Assembly: GCA_012026655.1 (NCBI GenBank)
Contig: JAAILG010000013.1
Location: forward strand, 124,001 to 188,000
Length of the DNA: 64,000 nucleotides
DNA from: Hydrolagus affinis
Lineage: Eukaryota
Direction of reading: 5' to 3'
Below, piece by piece: positions 1-12,554 of this stretch. The position numbers and the translations under genes are program-made. Each line of letters starts with the position of its first letter. Position 1 is the stretch's first letter. The notes beneath the pieces were generated by a model. It was not told the origin of the DNA and did no database searches. It was given only the letters and a program-made list of their open reading frames with translations.

Positions 1-112
1 AATATACACAGTCAATCCACTTTACAATACAGTCTTTGAAGCGCTTGGGGACGTTTTAACGACGTTATAAGGAGCTATAATCAAATACAAGGATTATTAT
101 TATTCATTATGG
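1..112 (+). mobile_element. SINE 3' tail fragment
   Basis: cagtcaatccactttacaata...aagcgcttggggacgt...gctataatcaaatacaagg(att)n, matching other copies in the window. Confidence 0.75.
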
Positions 113-136
113 GGGTCTGAACCTCATGTCCTCTTA

Positions 137-386
137 TAGAGTTGCCAACTTTCCAGTTTCTCAAAACCAGACAATAATAATAGTAAAGTACTATATGATT
201 TAATGTACATGCTCTGTGCTCTGTGCATGCACGGTGTGAGGGGGACACTGGGAGATGCAGTTCCATTACTTGCTTTCTTCCCCTTCGTCCGCAGACTGCG
301 GGCAACAAACAGACTTTTGGTGTCCGTTCATGCTACTCACCGGAGACTCGACAGTTTCCCCTGAAACCGGATAGTTGGCAGCCCTA
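137..386. mobile_element. hAT (Blackjack-like) MITE
   Basis: 24-bp imperfect terminal inverted repeats: tagagttgccaactttccagtttc versus the reverse complement tagggctgccaactatccggtttc (4 mismatches). No clear 8-bp target-site duplication. Confidence 0.65.
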
Positions 387-1340
387 CTACCTCTCATCTG
401 TGGTCCTGTGTCTAAATGTGCAGGCTTGTTTCCATGGTGACTATTGGTCATCGCATCCTTGTTTGACTGAAGGAGATGAGCTCTTGCTTTTAAAATGTGA
501 TCGAATAGAAATAATGAACTCGGAAGACATTGTCGAGTCTACTTGAGCACTCACTGGGCATTGTGTTGGATTAATTCCCTGGCTCGATGATAAAACCCTC
601 CTTACAAGCACATCATCTTTCACTGTCGCTCAGAAAATCAACATCGGTCTTTCGAGTCGCCTCATCCCTCGGGGTTCTGTCCGTGGCCCTGTGTAAAAAG
701 CACGTCCGGCGTTGCTGAGAGTGAACTGAAACAGTATCTCACCTGAGAGAGCAGTCGGATTGATTCAATCGTACAATGTATTGCTCTGAAAGCAGGGACT
801 GGCTGGGCTGTTGAGGACAATGGCTTTTGAATATTAACAATACAGTGGAGGGTAATAAAGCTGAGGTTCTAACTGAGTGATGGTGACGCTGATTCAATTT
901 GTGATTGTTATCTGCGCTGGGCAAAAGCTCGCAAACTTGAAAAACAACATACATCAAGGTTCATCTGTTATGTGGGGAGACAATATTTTCTAGATTAGGT
1001 TTGACCAAACCAAGGCTTGCTCAGCTAAATGCAGACCAGTAATGGGAAGCATTTCCCAAATCATCAGATCATGACTTAACCCTTGGATTACCGACAGGTC
1101 TTTGGGCTTCCATCTCCACCGACTGATCTGTTCTGTACCCCTGTACCATCTACATCCCTTAATATTCTAATATTAATCCTCCCTATTAAAATCAATATGA
1201 TATACACTTCTACACATCGTCTCCTCATCTTCATGAATAAAAAAAGTTATCACTTTCTTTCTGTGTTCTCTACTTCCTTGTTTTCTGTGTCCTACTTTTA
1301 ACGTTGCTATCTACCACTCATCTAACTCACTCTTACCCTA

Positions 1341-1694
1341 GAGTCCTCTGATTCAGTGGTTAGAGCACTTGCCTTGCAAGCGAGAGGGCCTGGGTTCGAT
1401 TCCCAGGCAGGGCGCGAAACGTTGATCAAATTTCCTTACTCCACATACCTAGCAGTAAGTAGGAACCCGGTTGTTAGTCAATTGGTGGATTGCTTTTCCA
1501 TGGGTAATAATCCCTCAAATAAAAATAATAATAATTTGGTCACTCAATCTACGGTTGGGACACTACTGTGTGCGATTGGCTGCTGTGTTTTGACCACAAT
1601 ACAAATTCACTTTACTGTATATTCTGTGAAGTGCTTTAAGATGCCTGGAAGATCTGATAAGTGCTATATGAAATGTAAGGATTATTATTATTAT
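1341..1694 (+). mobile_element. Full-length tRNA-Ala-headed SINE
   Basis: A-box-like ttcagtggttagagc, anticodon arm cttgc-cttgcaa-gcgag, B box ggttcgattcc, shared body and tail ending in (att)n. Confidence 0.88.
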
Positions 1695-2394
1695 CTCCCA
1701 GAACCTCAGAAGATGCACCTCTTGAGCTCCTCATTTTTCTCTTCCTCCTACAATCTGGCCATTACACTTGACAAACAAGAACAAAGCACTGAGCAATACT
1801 CTTGAAATGTCACATCACTGAATAGGAAACAAAGAACGTTACAGAGAGGAGAGATACACGGATGAGGAATTAATGGGTGAGTCACCAATGAACGCTAACA
1901 TCTTATCTTGGCGTATTATAACATGCAGTTAATGTTAATATTCCCATCAAACCAATAATTCAAGAACGCTGTGCTTCAGTTTGGGGGCAAACCTACCTCC
2001 AAGATCCCTTTAGAGTTAAACAGCGTTGTTGACAACGGTGTTCCACTTGGCAGACTGTGTGGTGACATTAGCTAACGCTAAAAACTGCACATCTGCCCTG
2101 TGGTAAACACGCCAAAAAATTTCAAGGCAATTACAAGACATATCCCGGAGGGTACAAGTTTAGAGCACAAAACTGGCAATGTTTTGGCGTGGCATTAAAG
2201 TAGCCTTACTTTAGGCATCATCAGAGAGAACTGAACTGCCACATCGGTTTAGTGAGATTGCTCTTCTGCGCCTTAGATGCATTGCCAGGAAAAAGTAGGA
2301 CAGCGCTGTATGGAATTTATTTGGGACCATAATCCTTGTGCGAGTCCTTGGTGCTTCTGTTGGACAGGATGTTAGGTTCCATTCTCTAGATCTT

Positions 2395-2575
2395 TAATAA
2401 TAATAATCCTTGCATTCGATATATCGCCTTATCACGTCTTTGAGACGTCTCAAAGCGCTTTATCGAATATAGTGTAGAGTGAATGGACTGTATATTTTGT
2501 GGGTGAAACACGGCAGCCAATTGTGCACAGAAATTTCCCACAAACAGTCATAGATTGGATAACCAGATTATTTAA
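2395..2575 (-). mobile_element. 5'-truncated SINE (same family)
   Basis: (aat)n ccttgcatt...gagacgtctcaaagcgct...cggcagccaattgtgcacag. Confidence 0.85.
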
Positions 2576-2756
2576 AAAAATTTGAAGGAATTATTACTTT
2601 AATGCTTGATCAACACACAGGTGCTGGTGTATAAAGAATGGGGTGGAGGACATATATGGGAATGGGATAGAGAAAAATATGTTTGGACACCATTATAAGC
2701 GCTCTCAATTCACGGCCATGAAAAGTAACCTTAGAACAAACACCAGAAAGTATTGC

Positions 2757-3170
2757 CATGGTCGAAGAACTTCAGATGAGACTTGAAGGAAGGAAGAGAG
2801 TGGTTTAGGTGGAGGGATTGTGGAATAGAGTTCCAGAATGTGGCGGCAGTGGTACTGAATGCCCGACCGCCAATGGTGAGGTAGGAAGTGCAGGGGAATT
2901 GGAGCAGGCTGGTGTCTGCAGAGTGGAGGGAGTGGACAGGCTGATATGGGGTTATGAGGTCAGAAAGGTAGTGGGGAGCAAGACCGTGGAGGGCCTTGAA
3001 AGTAAGAACAAAGGTTTTCTACTTGATTCTCTGAGGAATGGGGAGCCAGTGAAGCTCGGCAAGTATGTGGATGATAGGTTCCCAGAGTCTGGTGCGGGTG
3101 AGGACACGAGATGCGGAGTTCTGAATAATCTGCAGTTTGTGTCAGGAAGAGTTGGGAGCTGCAGTGAGCG
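2757..3170 (-). mobile_element. L2 LINE ORF2 C-terminal fragment
   Basis: Minus strand translates to LQIIQNSASRVLTRT...LHWLPIPQRI...LTFKALHGLAPHYLSDL...GGRAFS...WNSIP with a stop. Typical of the L2 ORF2 end. Confidence 0.85.
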
Positions 3171-3344
3171 GACCTTCCGGAGTGAAATGCTCTGTATTTG
3201 GATTAATATTATGAATAATATTACTTTCTCATATTCCACCATTTCCAAAATTGCAATTCAATTTACTTCTTATGCTTTTGTGTGATACAATAATAACAAA
3301 ATATCATATTTGACTATGACTGTACCATGCAATAATAAAAGAGA

Positions 3345-3563
3345 CACAAGTTTCTTCCAGTGTCCTGGCCAACAATCCTCCTAATAACATTGGTCATTCG
3401 CTCCACGGCTGTGTGTGGGGCTTTGCTGTGCACAAATTGGCTGCTGCATTTGTCCAACAAAACACCCACAGTCACTCTACTTTACAATATATCCTGTGAA
3501 GGCGCTTGAGACATCTCAACGACATCATAAGGCACTGTATTAAATGAAACGATTATTATTATT
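3345..3563 (+). mobile_element. Deu-type SINE 3' half
   Basis: gtgtcctggccaaca...gctgtgcacaaattggctgctgc...tail (att)n. Confidence 0.75.
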
Positions 3564-4389
3564 AAAGTCGTGGCAACAGTCATAACTCCAGTGGGACTGA
3601 AATCTAATAACATCCTTAGCAATTCATCCAACTTCACCCACAATATACACAGGAACTATCGCACCACTTTCCAGTCTATCTTTCAGGCATCTATCCTGTG
3701 TGAAAGATGCTATACCAAATGTAAGGATGATGATGATTCTTTTGGTTAGGTTGTAGGAATAAAGTGAAACCAGCCCACAGTTGCTTTGGCCACATGTGGG
3801 GCACAGACATCACTGAGCAACTGCCCTGGCAATGGTTCACACATCACTGGCCTGTTAAGTCTGCTAACTCTACCCTGCGTTTAGGGCGCAAACATAAATG
3901 CGAGTTGTTGCTGCTGTTGTAACCCCCCACCCCAGCGTCTCCTGTCCACCTGTACCACTTGATGGCCCCAATCTTCCTGTCTCCCTGAAGCTGCTGAATG
4001 TTCTCCTGTTCACACGTAAGTTCCCTTACTTCTTCCTGACATGCTGAACTTTACATCAAAGCAGCTCAATAATTATGATAATTTGATTCATTAAATATTA
4101 ATGTTTTTTCTGGTTAAAAAACTCAAAACCACAATACACCCCTCCCCCAATTAGTCCGCAAAACGGCTGACAATGCACTACTGTTTTTGTCTATCTCCAG
4201 AGGATGCTTAAAATCTCCTTTATTTATGTCTCCCAACTCCCCCCCCCTCCCCCCCCCCCCCCCCACCACACCACTCCATCACACACACATTTTAACATAT
4301 TAGGCATCGCTGGGGATATAGAGTGGAGTGGTTTAATTAAGAGCTCCACTTCCTCAAATTGTAAGGCTCCATGGTACTTTGGACGTAAG

Positions 4390-4690
4390 AATCCTTGCAA
4401 TTTGAAATAGCGCTTTTCACATCTTCTAGCTATCTCAAAGTGCTTTGCAGAATATATTGTACAGTGAATTAATTGACTGTTATTTGTGTGCAAAACGCGG
4501 CAGCCAATTGCACACAGCACTGTACCACAAACAGTCGTGGATCAGTATCCCCAGGTAAGCAATCCACCAATCGTGTTCGCTGGGCAAACTGAGGCATGTG
4601 GAGTAAGCAAACCTGCCCAACATTTCGCTTTGCCGGGAATCAAACCCAGGTCTCTCGCTTGCAAGGAAAGTGATCTAACCACTGAGTTAA
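4390..4690 (-). mobile_element. Near full-length tRNA-Ala-headed SINE
   Basis: Reverse-complement head gggaatcaaacccaggtctctcgcttgcaagg...ctaaccactgag plus body and tail. Confidence 0.85.
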
Positions 4691-5889
4691 TTAATCACTG
4701 AGATGTTTCTATCAGGTGGAAGATCCTCCAGTGTTAACAGTCTAAAGTACAACACTCCATATTTGGGTCTGTGTTAACCTTTAGCCGCCGATCGCACCCT
4801 AACTAACTGTGCGCGTGCGCTTATAAGCCTGAATATTGGATTGTTCGCTAAATGTGACATTGTTGATGCAGCCAGGAGATGTGCAGTGGAGACAGTGCTG
4901 CCAAGCCACCTTTCTCCTCTCTGAACTGTGCAGTTTTGTGAGGATCAGCCGTGCGATGACCTTTATTTCGTTTCCGTCAGCCTGCATTGTACCAAAGCTG
5001 CGGGAAACAGGCGAGCAAGCTGAAAGCTTCCCCTGATGAAGAAAGACACCTTGTCAATGCAAAAGAAAGTCCTGAGACTGATTTATTACGGTTGCAGATT
5101 TACAGTGCTGATTGGTGCAAAAACAGATATAAGGACAAATTGCCAGCCTTTCTAAGTACGAGTCTGACGATCATTACCCCCATCCTAATTATCAGGCCAT
5201 TAAAAATAATCACAGTTAACTTTTCTGCCCTTTTATTTTAAAGACACAAACTCTGGGCGATGATCGAATCAGCATCAACTGCTCCTGAGCCCGACAATGC
5301 GAAAGGAGATGAATTTATGTCCACATAAGTGTTTCAAGAAAATCTCACCGATGTTAACATCACTCTGTCCCACCGTCAGGCTCAGCGACGGCCAAACAGT
5401 CTCCCGGTGACCTCATCGAATCCTCACCATTTTAGCAAATAGATTCCAAATAACCAAAGAGCATTACATTTTTTTTAGAAAAAGTAATTAACCTTGTTTT
5501 GAGTCGTACTGGAGTCATGGTTAAATGTCTGGTTGGTGAGATACTGCCCACCAGTATCTAACTCAAGCAATCCTTCTTTGTGTGTGATCGCTGACAATGG
5601 GATCTGTGTTGCACACATCCATTACAAACAAGTGACAGAAAGATCACTATTTGTACCGATTGGCATTTGATAGATGCCAGCGAGTGTTGGCAGGCTATCG
5701 TGGCTCAGTCTCATCCTCTCTTCGCTCATGTCCATAAAGGTGTGCTTTCCCATATGACTCACTGGAACCCGATCTCATATTTACTCTATCCTCCTAACCC
5801 AGGCACACCGAGGCCAACTGAAGTTTCTCCTTTGCTGTCCTGCGTGAGATTAGCTAAAGTAGCACAGATTGGGATCGTTAGGATGCACC

Positions 5890-5985
5890 AAGACAGTAGA
5901 ACAAACAAGAGGACGGAAGTTTAGAATTGTAAAGGACAGTTTGAGAACAGACGCCAGGAAGTTTTTCTTCACACGGAGGTTTCAT
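5890..5985 (+). mobile_element. CR1 LINE fragment
   Basis: Translates to TRGRKFRIVKDSLRTDARKFFFTRR, resembling the CR1 ORF2 C-terminal TRGH...R..FF..RV motif. Confidence 0.65.
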
Positions 5986-8308
5986 TCATTAACTGGAACA
6001 GTCACTATACTTTCCAGTATATCTTACGAAGCACTGTTAAAATATTCTCCTGACGCGAAAAGCAACCTTGGTCCTGGTCTGTACTTAACACCAGTTCTAA
6101 CAGTTTTGCTGGTTATAAATAAAGTGGATCCACAGATGGTGTGAAACTCGGCCCCAAAGAGCCCCAGAGAACCCTAGCAACACCACTTAGCAACAGCAAA
6201 CATTGGAACTTAGCACCAGATGCTGATAACTGTGCTATGGAAGAAAGTATCAATATATACGTATAATATATAGTTTAAAAATGTATGTATTGATTACATT
6301 AAAAAATGTCCTGCTGCTAACAGAAGCACCACACCCTTGTAAATGAATCGGCAACAGGGAAAAAAAGTAGCTGTTTTATTCAGAGGTGTTTTGGGGGGAC
6401 GGAAGGTGGGGGGTGGGGGGATGAGGGTGAACAGTATTGCTTTGTCCGCAAAGCTCCAATGCAAAGAGAGAATCTGACATGTTTAAATGCAAGATGCCAT
6501 TTTTAAAAAAAAGTTTTAAAAAGCATTACAATCCTGGTCCTGCTCATTGTAAGCTCTTTAATATGCACTCTCTGCTGATTCTTTCAAACTATAGCAGATG
6601 AGTGCAGTAGTTAAAAACTCCTTCCTCTCTCTCTATCTATTTCTCTCTTTCCCCCATCCCCAGCCCTGCTCCAGTCTGTCCATCCACCATTGGGATTGAA
6701 TCCCCACACTCACGATACATTTTTGCAGAATACCCCACCGCAGGCCTGAACTGTCCAGAGCCATGCATGATTCTTCCACAATTTACTGTTTGTATATTAG
6801 CCGGGCCAACTGTGTGCCATGCAAGGTTCATCCCAAACAGTGGCATATTTGCACAGCAAATTTTAAAGCTGCAGAGACTTTACTATACTGTACTATACTC
6901 CATTGAAACCATCTGTCCTAGTTCCAGTTGCATGTTATGAACTGAGAAGGCACTGGCATCTTCTCATTCAATCCAACATTACAAAGGAAAGTCGCATTGA
7001 AGGTTTCCATCACAACGCAATATGTAATCTGTGGCTGTATCCGAAGCGGCTGCTGTGAAATGATGTCAACGAGATGGAAAGATTTGTCTCTGGTTCTTAC
7101 CCCAATTAATTATAGCAGCAAGAAATACATAACGTACTAACGAGCCACAAGAGGCAAACCAGGACATCTGGAAATTGGTATTAATGACGTTGATAGACTC
7201 AACGAGAACTCGGAGCAAAGTGGGATATGGTTTCGACTTGGTCGCAAGAACCCAAAATTGGCAAACAGTGAAAAACTGGGGTATAGCATTGAACCTTTAA
7301 GAGATGCAGTCAGCCCAGTAAGTAGCAATTTGGTCTGCATGAGTAGCAATGGTTTGAAATCAACCTCGTTTAGCAATGCAATAAATATAGAAATACAGAA
7401 AACAATAATAATTATACTTGCATTTGACATAGCAGCTTTCATGTCAGGAGGATGTCTCAAAAGTTCTCCAAGGAAACCGAATGCCATTTGATAATTTCAC
7501 CGTTGATATTATTTTATGAACCAAAAATACGGTTGTTAGCGGCAAAGCATCGGTTCCGTTAGAGCTCCTTTGGGAGGAGGGGGGGATAGGAATCCCAGAG
7601 TCCCTATATCTACTCACTGAAAACTCTTGTTGATTATCCAAGAGCACATTGTGAGTCACAGAGTACATATATTCAGGACAAAAAGGCCAATTGGATAGTG
7701 TGTCTGATTAGCTAGACATTTGGTCGAAACCTACCTGCTCGCATCTGATTCAAGCTAATTTGCCATTCTTCTTGCAGAAAGAAAAAAAAACGGGGATTAT
7801 TTTACTGTGACATGCAGGTCTGCAGGGTAGGTTTGATAACGTGAGGCTTGTCCTATACCCTGCATTCAAGTCGGGGTCCACAGCATTGCTTGGAGTGCAT
7901 TAAATGCCCAACTGCTGCTCTGCAGGGGGGTTGCAGAATGGCATATGCCCCTAAATGGCGGTGGCGACAAAAGCACCCAGAGAAAACTCTTCTTCTCAAC
8001 TTGGCACCACTAAGTACTTCGAAAAGGCTAGGCCTTGCAAGCACAGGCTATCAGAGGCTGAGCATTCCCTGGTTTGTTGGTAATGTGTTTTGTAGAATTG
8101 TTCAACCAAACACACGCCAACTGGTTGCAATTTACATCTTCAAAGTACATGAAGGCTAGTTAGCCAGCCTTCAATCTGTTGCTAACCCGCTGAGACTTTG
8201 ATTGTAAAGATCATAAGTGGCCTGTGGTGTGCTGTTGTTCCCACTTGGGTGTATTACGGACTTGCTGACATCACAGACATGGGGAGATTGGGGTGGGAAG
8301 CTACTGAT

Positions 8309-8550
8309 GATAATAATCCCCGAATTAAGACGTCACATTGTTGAGATGTCCTCAAAGCAATTTACAGAGTATATTGTAAAGTGAATTAACTGAAACTGTT
8401 TGTGCGACTGTGCTGTGTGTAATTGGTTGAAGCATTTCACTCACAACATTTCTAATCAATTCATATTACAGTATATTCTGTGAAGCACTTTGAGACATCT
8501 AAATGACGTAATAAGGCACTATATCAACTATCAAATGCAAGGATTATTAT
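8309..8550. mobile_element. Two truncated SINEs fused in inverted orientation
   Basis: Minus-strand tail at ~8309-8405 directly abuts a plus-strand body and tail at ~8406-8550. Confidence 0.7.
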
Positions 8551-9249
8551 GTTTTTTGGGAGGAACCAAAATGGATATTAACAGAATGCTTATCTGCAAG
8601 TGGGGTGTGAATGTTTGGGTGTTGGGGAGGCTGGGGGGAAGGCGTTAACATGAAAAAAAAATAAAAAATTGTGTTTTTTGGATGGGAATAATGCTGAAGA
8701 TTTATTATTATTTTCCAAATTCCAATAAAAACTGTGAATTGATGAAAAAAAACTAATTCCTGAAAGTGCCAGACTGAAGTATGAACAGAATCTTTCTTGA
8801 CCTAAATTCTCAGAGGTGATATTTTAAGATTTATGTGGAGCCTGTAGGTCCAAAGCAGAAACTAACAAGCAAAAAGAGTGGAATTCAGAGGAATGATGTA
8901 CAGTACATGCCACTGGAAAGTACTTCTGTGTTAGCAACCCACTTTATTGCCAGGTTCCCAAGTGTGCTGTGTTTCACAGAGCAAAGCAATATACACCATG
9001 GTACCATCTCCTTTTTGCAATTCACATCTGCTGAACTTTGCAATGGATTTTGCCACTATTTTCAACAACAACTTCCACTTATACAGCATGTTTTTCGTTG
9101 ATGAATGTCTCAACCTGTTTCTTCTATCCCTCTTCCACTCCTGTCCTCCCCAGTCAATCATCCTTGAGATGTCAGAAAAAGTACCAACCTTAACAATTCT
9201 AACAGTGCCCCACTACAGTCAGTAAGTTGTGTGCGAGCCCAATTTATAG

Positions 9250-9505
9250 CAGGCTAGCCTCCCAGACTTAAAAGCTTGCGGGTTCAAACCCTATGTTGTG
9301 TCTTAAAACTCCTACAATCTAGGCTGACACTCTGAATGTAGTGCTGGGGGCGTGCTGCATTGTTGGAGGTGCTGTCCTTGAGGAATTAAACTGAGAACCC
9401 ACCCATCTGTTCAGGCGGATGCTGAAGATCTATTGGCGCTACAGTATTTGAAAAGAGAAGGGAGTTTTGCCTTGTGTCCTGGCCAACATCTCTCAAATAA
9501 AACTA
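9250..9505 (+). mobile_element. Deu-domain SINE (SacSINE1/AmnSINE1-like), degraded
   Basis: B box gggttcaaaccc, then aatctaggctgacact...gtgctgcattgttggaggtgctgtc...gaagatctattggcgct...agggagtttt...gtgtcctggccaac, resembling the Deu core as recalled. Confidence 0.7.
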
Positions 9506-10495
9506 GCAATTTATTTACTTCATAGTTAAGTGATTTGACCTTGAAGTCAATATTCACATCTCTTCACTCGGATCTTGCAGGATTGCATTGCTTAGAGTAT
9601 TTTTTCATCTAATTCTACCAGCTATCCCTTACCTACACTTGATTAATCCTTGCATTTCACATAGTGCATTTCATACAGTGTCATGTGTACTGACAACATC
9701 TTTGGGAAAAATGAAGTCAGGATTTCTTCAGGTCAGCATTGCTGAATGACAAAAAGCATGATTACAGCTATGAGGAGCCACAGCACTGCATAAAACCTAT
9801 TAACACATCCAGCAGTTTTAATGCAGTCAGACAGCAATGATACCGGCTGAGTCTTGGAGGGAAGATGGAGGGGAAATTGATGCTACAACTGAAGGCGTTG
9901 AGGACAGACGTGCCCAGAAGATTGAAAACTTAGCTGCGTGTTAGCTGCGTTTATGCAAATTTACTTTACCACCATACGGTTAATCTGAAAATATATGTAT
10001 TTATTTCTGACACAAAGAATCGGTTTGGATTTATCCTTATTGTATTTAATGCCCTGACTTAACATAATATGTATAAAAGAGCTTCGCGCAATAAGCTGGT
10101 AATCTAACAGGGAACGCTTAGTGATGCAGTGAAACCCTTAGCACCAAACAAGCTGGTTTCCAGTAGATCGAAAGTGACTGAATAGCCCCAAAAGTGTCTT
10201 GATTTGGGTTATTTCAAACTCGTTTGGAAATACCACACTTTGCTGAATTCCAATCCCTTTGGTATCTGTGTAACAAATCTTTCTCCACCTGCCAGGAACT
10301 TTACCAATCTTACCGGGTCAGCTCCTCTCACCCTCTGCTGCCCAGTAAATTTAAATCACGAGCGGAGAACGATCAGCTAGCCTCCCGCACACGTGTTCCG
10401 TCTCGAATCTTCTATTTATAGGAAATTGCTACTTTCACCAATTGCTACTTTTGTTAACGGAAATCCCTTATGACAAGTAGCTGAAAGCCTGCTTA

Positions 10496-10514
10496 CATCT
10501 AGCAGGTGGTGCTC
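10496..10514 (+). promoter_or_regulatory. Candidate CTCF site
   Basis: catctagcaggtggtgctc; motif match only. Confidence 0.35.
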
Positions 10515-12284
10515 CACTGTCAGGGTTGGTGACAGATGGGCAAAACACTTTCTAAGGCTGAAACGTTACAAATAAAAGGGCTTCACAAACAGCCAAACAC
10601 TGAATGGGTATCCACCCCAAAATACCTATCAATGTTTTACTCCCAATAACAAAGGCTTTCGGCATGCAAGATTGAGGGAAGGACATTGAGTGACTGAGCT
10701 ACTGAACTTTCTTGGGAGAACTTCATCCTTTGTGAACTTTCAATTCGGAGCCAAATTAAGAATCAATTTTTTCCAATTGCTGGTGGATAATAATTGTTTT
10801 CTTTTAGAATTTCCTTACATCTCAATCAAATGAATAGCTGAGACTTCGGAATGTACAGTACTGTATTGTATGACAATCAAACCCACTGTCCTGCTAGGAT
10901 CAACTTCACTAAATGTCCTCATGTTAAGGATTGTTGCTGCCTCATCACTGTTGGATCTCAATTTGATCTTAATAGGGTTTGAATTGATCAGTCACAAAAC
11001 AGGTTCAAGAATTTGGGACTAGCAAAAAGTCCTCATCTCCTTGGAGATTTATCTGTTGACAAACCGAAAAGAAATTTCAAAGAAACAGTTTAACCTGCGA
11101 GTGTTCTCAATTCCATCATGTGAAGCCACCAGGCCTTTCTTGCCCACATCATGTATAACATTTCACTCTTTGTTGTTATGATTAGGTGGGTCTCGGGTTT
11201 GGCAAGCACTCAAATGTCAGTCCTAGCTTTTAGAAGGAAGCTGGGTAGCTACAAATTGACAACATGGAAATAAGCAAACCAGAAAGGACATCAATCGTAA
11301 AGTTCGACGAGTACCAGTGGAGACGTAAAAGCCTTCAACAGTGACCTGAAATGAAACATTCATATGTATTTTACTGCAAAACATTTTTATATCAATTTAC
11401 TTTATGTAGAACAAACAGTCGAAGGAAAACAATTTCTAACTGAACTGCCACTCAAGCAGTGAAATGTGGTTGTTTTAATGGAATGGATTAATAAAACACT
11501 GGAACTTTGTTGTTTTGCAATTACCTGAATCAAGTCTAGATGACTGACTGAACAAAGTATTTGCAGTATTGTTCAAGTACTTCAGTCATTTTTTAAAAAT
11601 CCGAACAAGGGAGCTTCCTAACAAATAACTTCTGCCAGAAAAATCACATTTCTCAGCTAAGGCAAGGCCTACATAATTTATGGCTTTAATATGCTCACTG
11701 AGGTGTATAGTCTATGACAGTAATTATAAATGCAATAAGAAATTATAGCTGAATGCTTTAACTGCATTAGGAGCCATTTGATGAACAATGATGATTGCTT
11801 CTCATCTTCAACAATAGAGGGCAAGTGAGTGTCAACGCATTAGAATATTTGCTGTTCTCCTCTGTTCTTTTTCCATTTACCACCGAATGTCAGTTGTCTA
11901 TTATGAGGCAGCGATGTGATGTCCAGAGGTAGTTTATGACTTGACAGGCACAAAAAATGCACAAAGGAACTAATCAGTTTAGTATGCAATGCCTTTCATT
12001 AGCACTTAAAATCTGCAGCTTTTTTCTTATTCCCCTTTAGCTTGGTGAATGGTTTAGATTTGTTTGGGACAATAGATTCTATTTATGTAAATTCCTGATG
12101 AGTGATTATTTTTTTGTGTGCGAACAGGAATTTGATAACCCAAACCTTTCTCTATCTAAGGAGATTACAGTTACTCGGATTATCTTTGTGGGGAAAGAGA
12201 TTCTTTCCCAGATAAAAAAACACATTTCTGTCCAGTATTTTATGTTTGCCATCTCTATCTTATCAGTTATGAGTTTGGTCCTAT

Positions 12285-12554
12285 TGGCATGAGGGCCTTC
12301 AACCCCTCTGCCCCCACCCAATGGAACTCCCAACTCTCCCCTTCTGTCCCTCCCAACTCTCCCCAACCCTTGCCTCCATCAAGACCCATCTCAAGACCCT
12401 CCTCTTCGATCATGCCTTTGATCACGTTCCCTCCCCGTCCTCCACCCCTCCTGACCTCAACCACCAACTTGGGTGCGGATCCCTGACTGCTCACTGTTTT
12501 GGGACGTTCTCCTGATGTGAAAGACGCGAACCAAATGTAATTTGCTGTTGTTGT
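12285..12554 (+). mobile_element. L2 LINE 3' end
   Basis: RAFNPSAPTQWNS and IKTHLKTLLFDHAF remnants, C-rich UTR, tail tttgggacgttctcctgatgtgaaagacgc...(gtt)n. Confidence 0.8.

Noticed and set aside
1341-1415. tRNA-Ala gene
   Set aside because: The acceptor stem does not pair properly and the sequence runs straight into a SINE body and tail in every copy.
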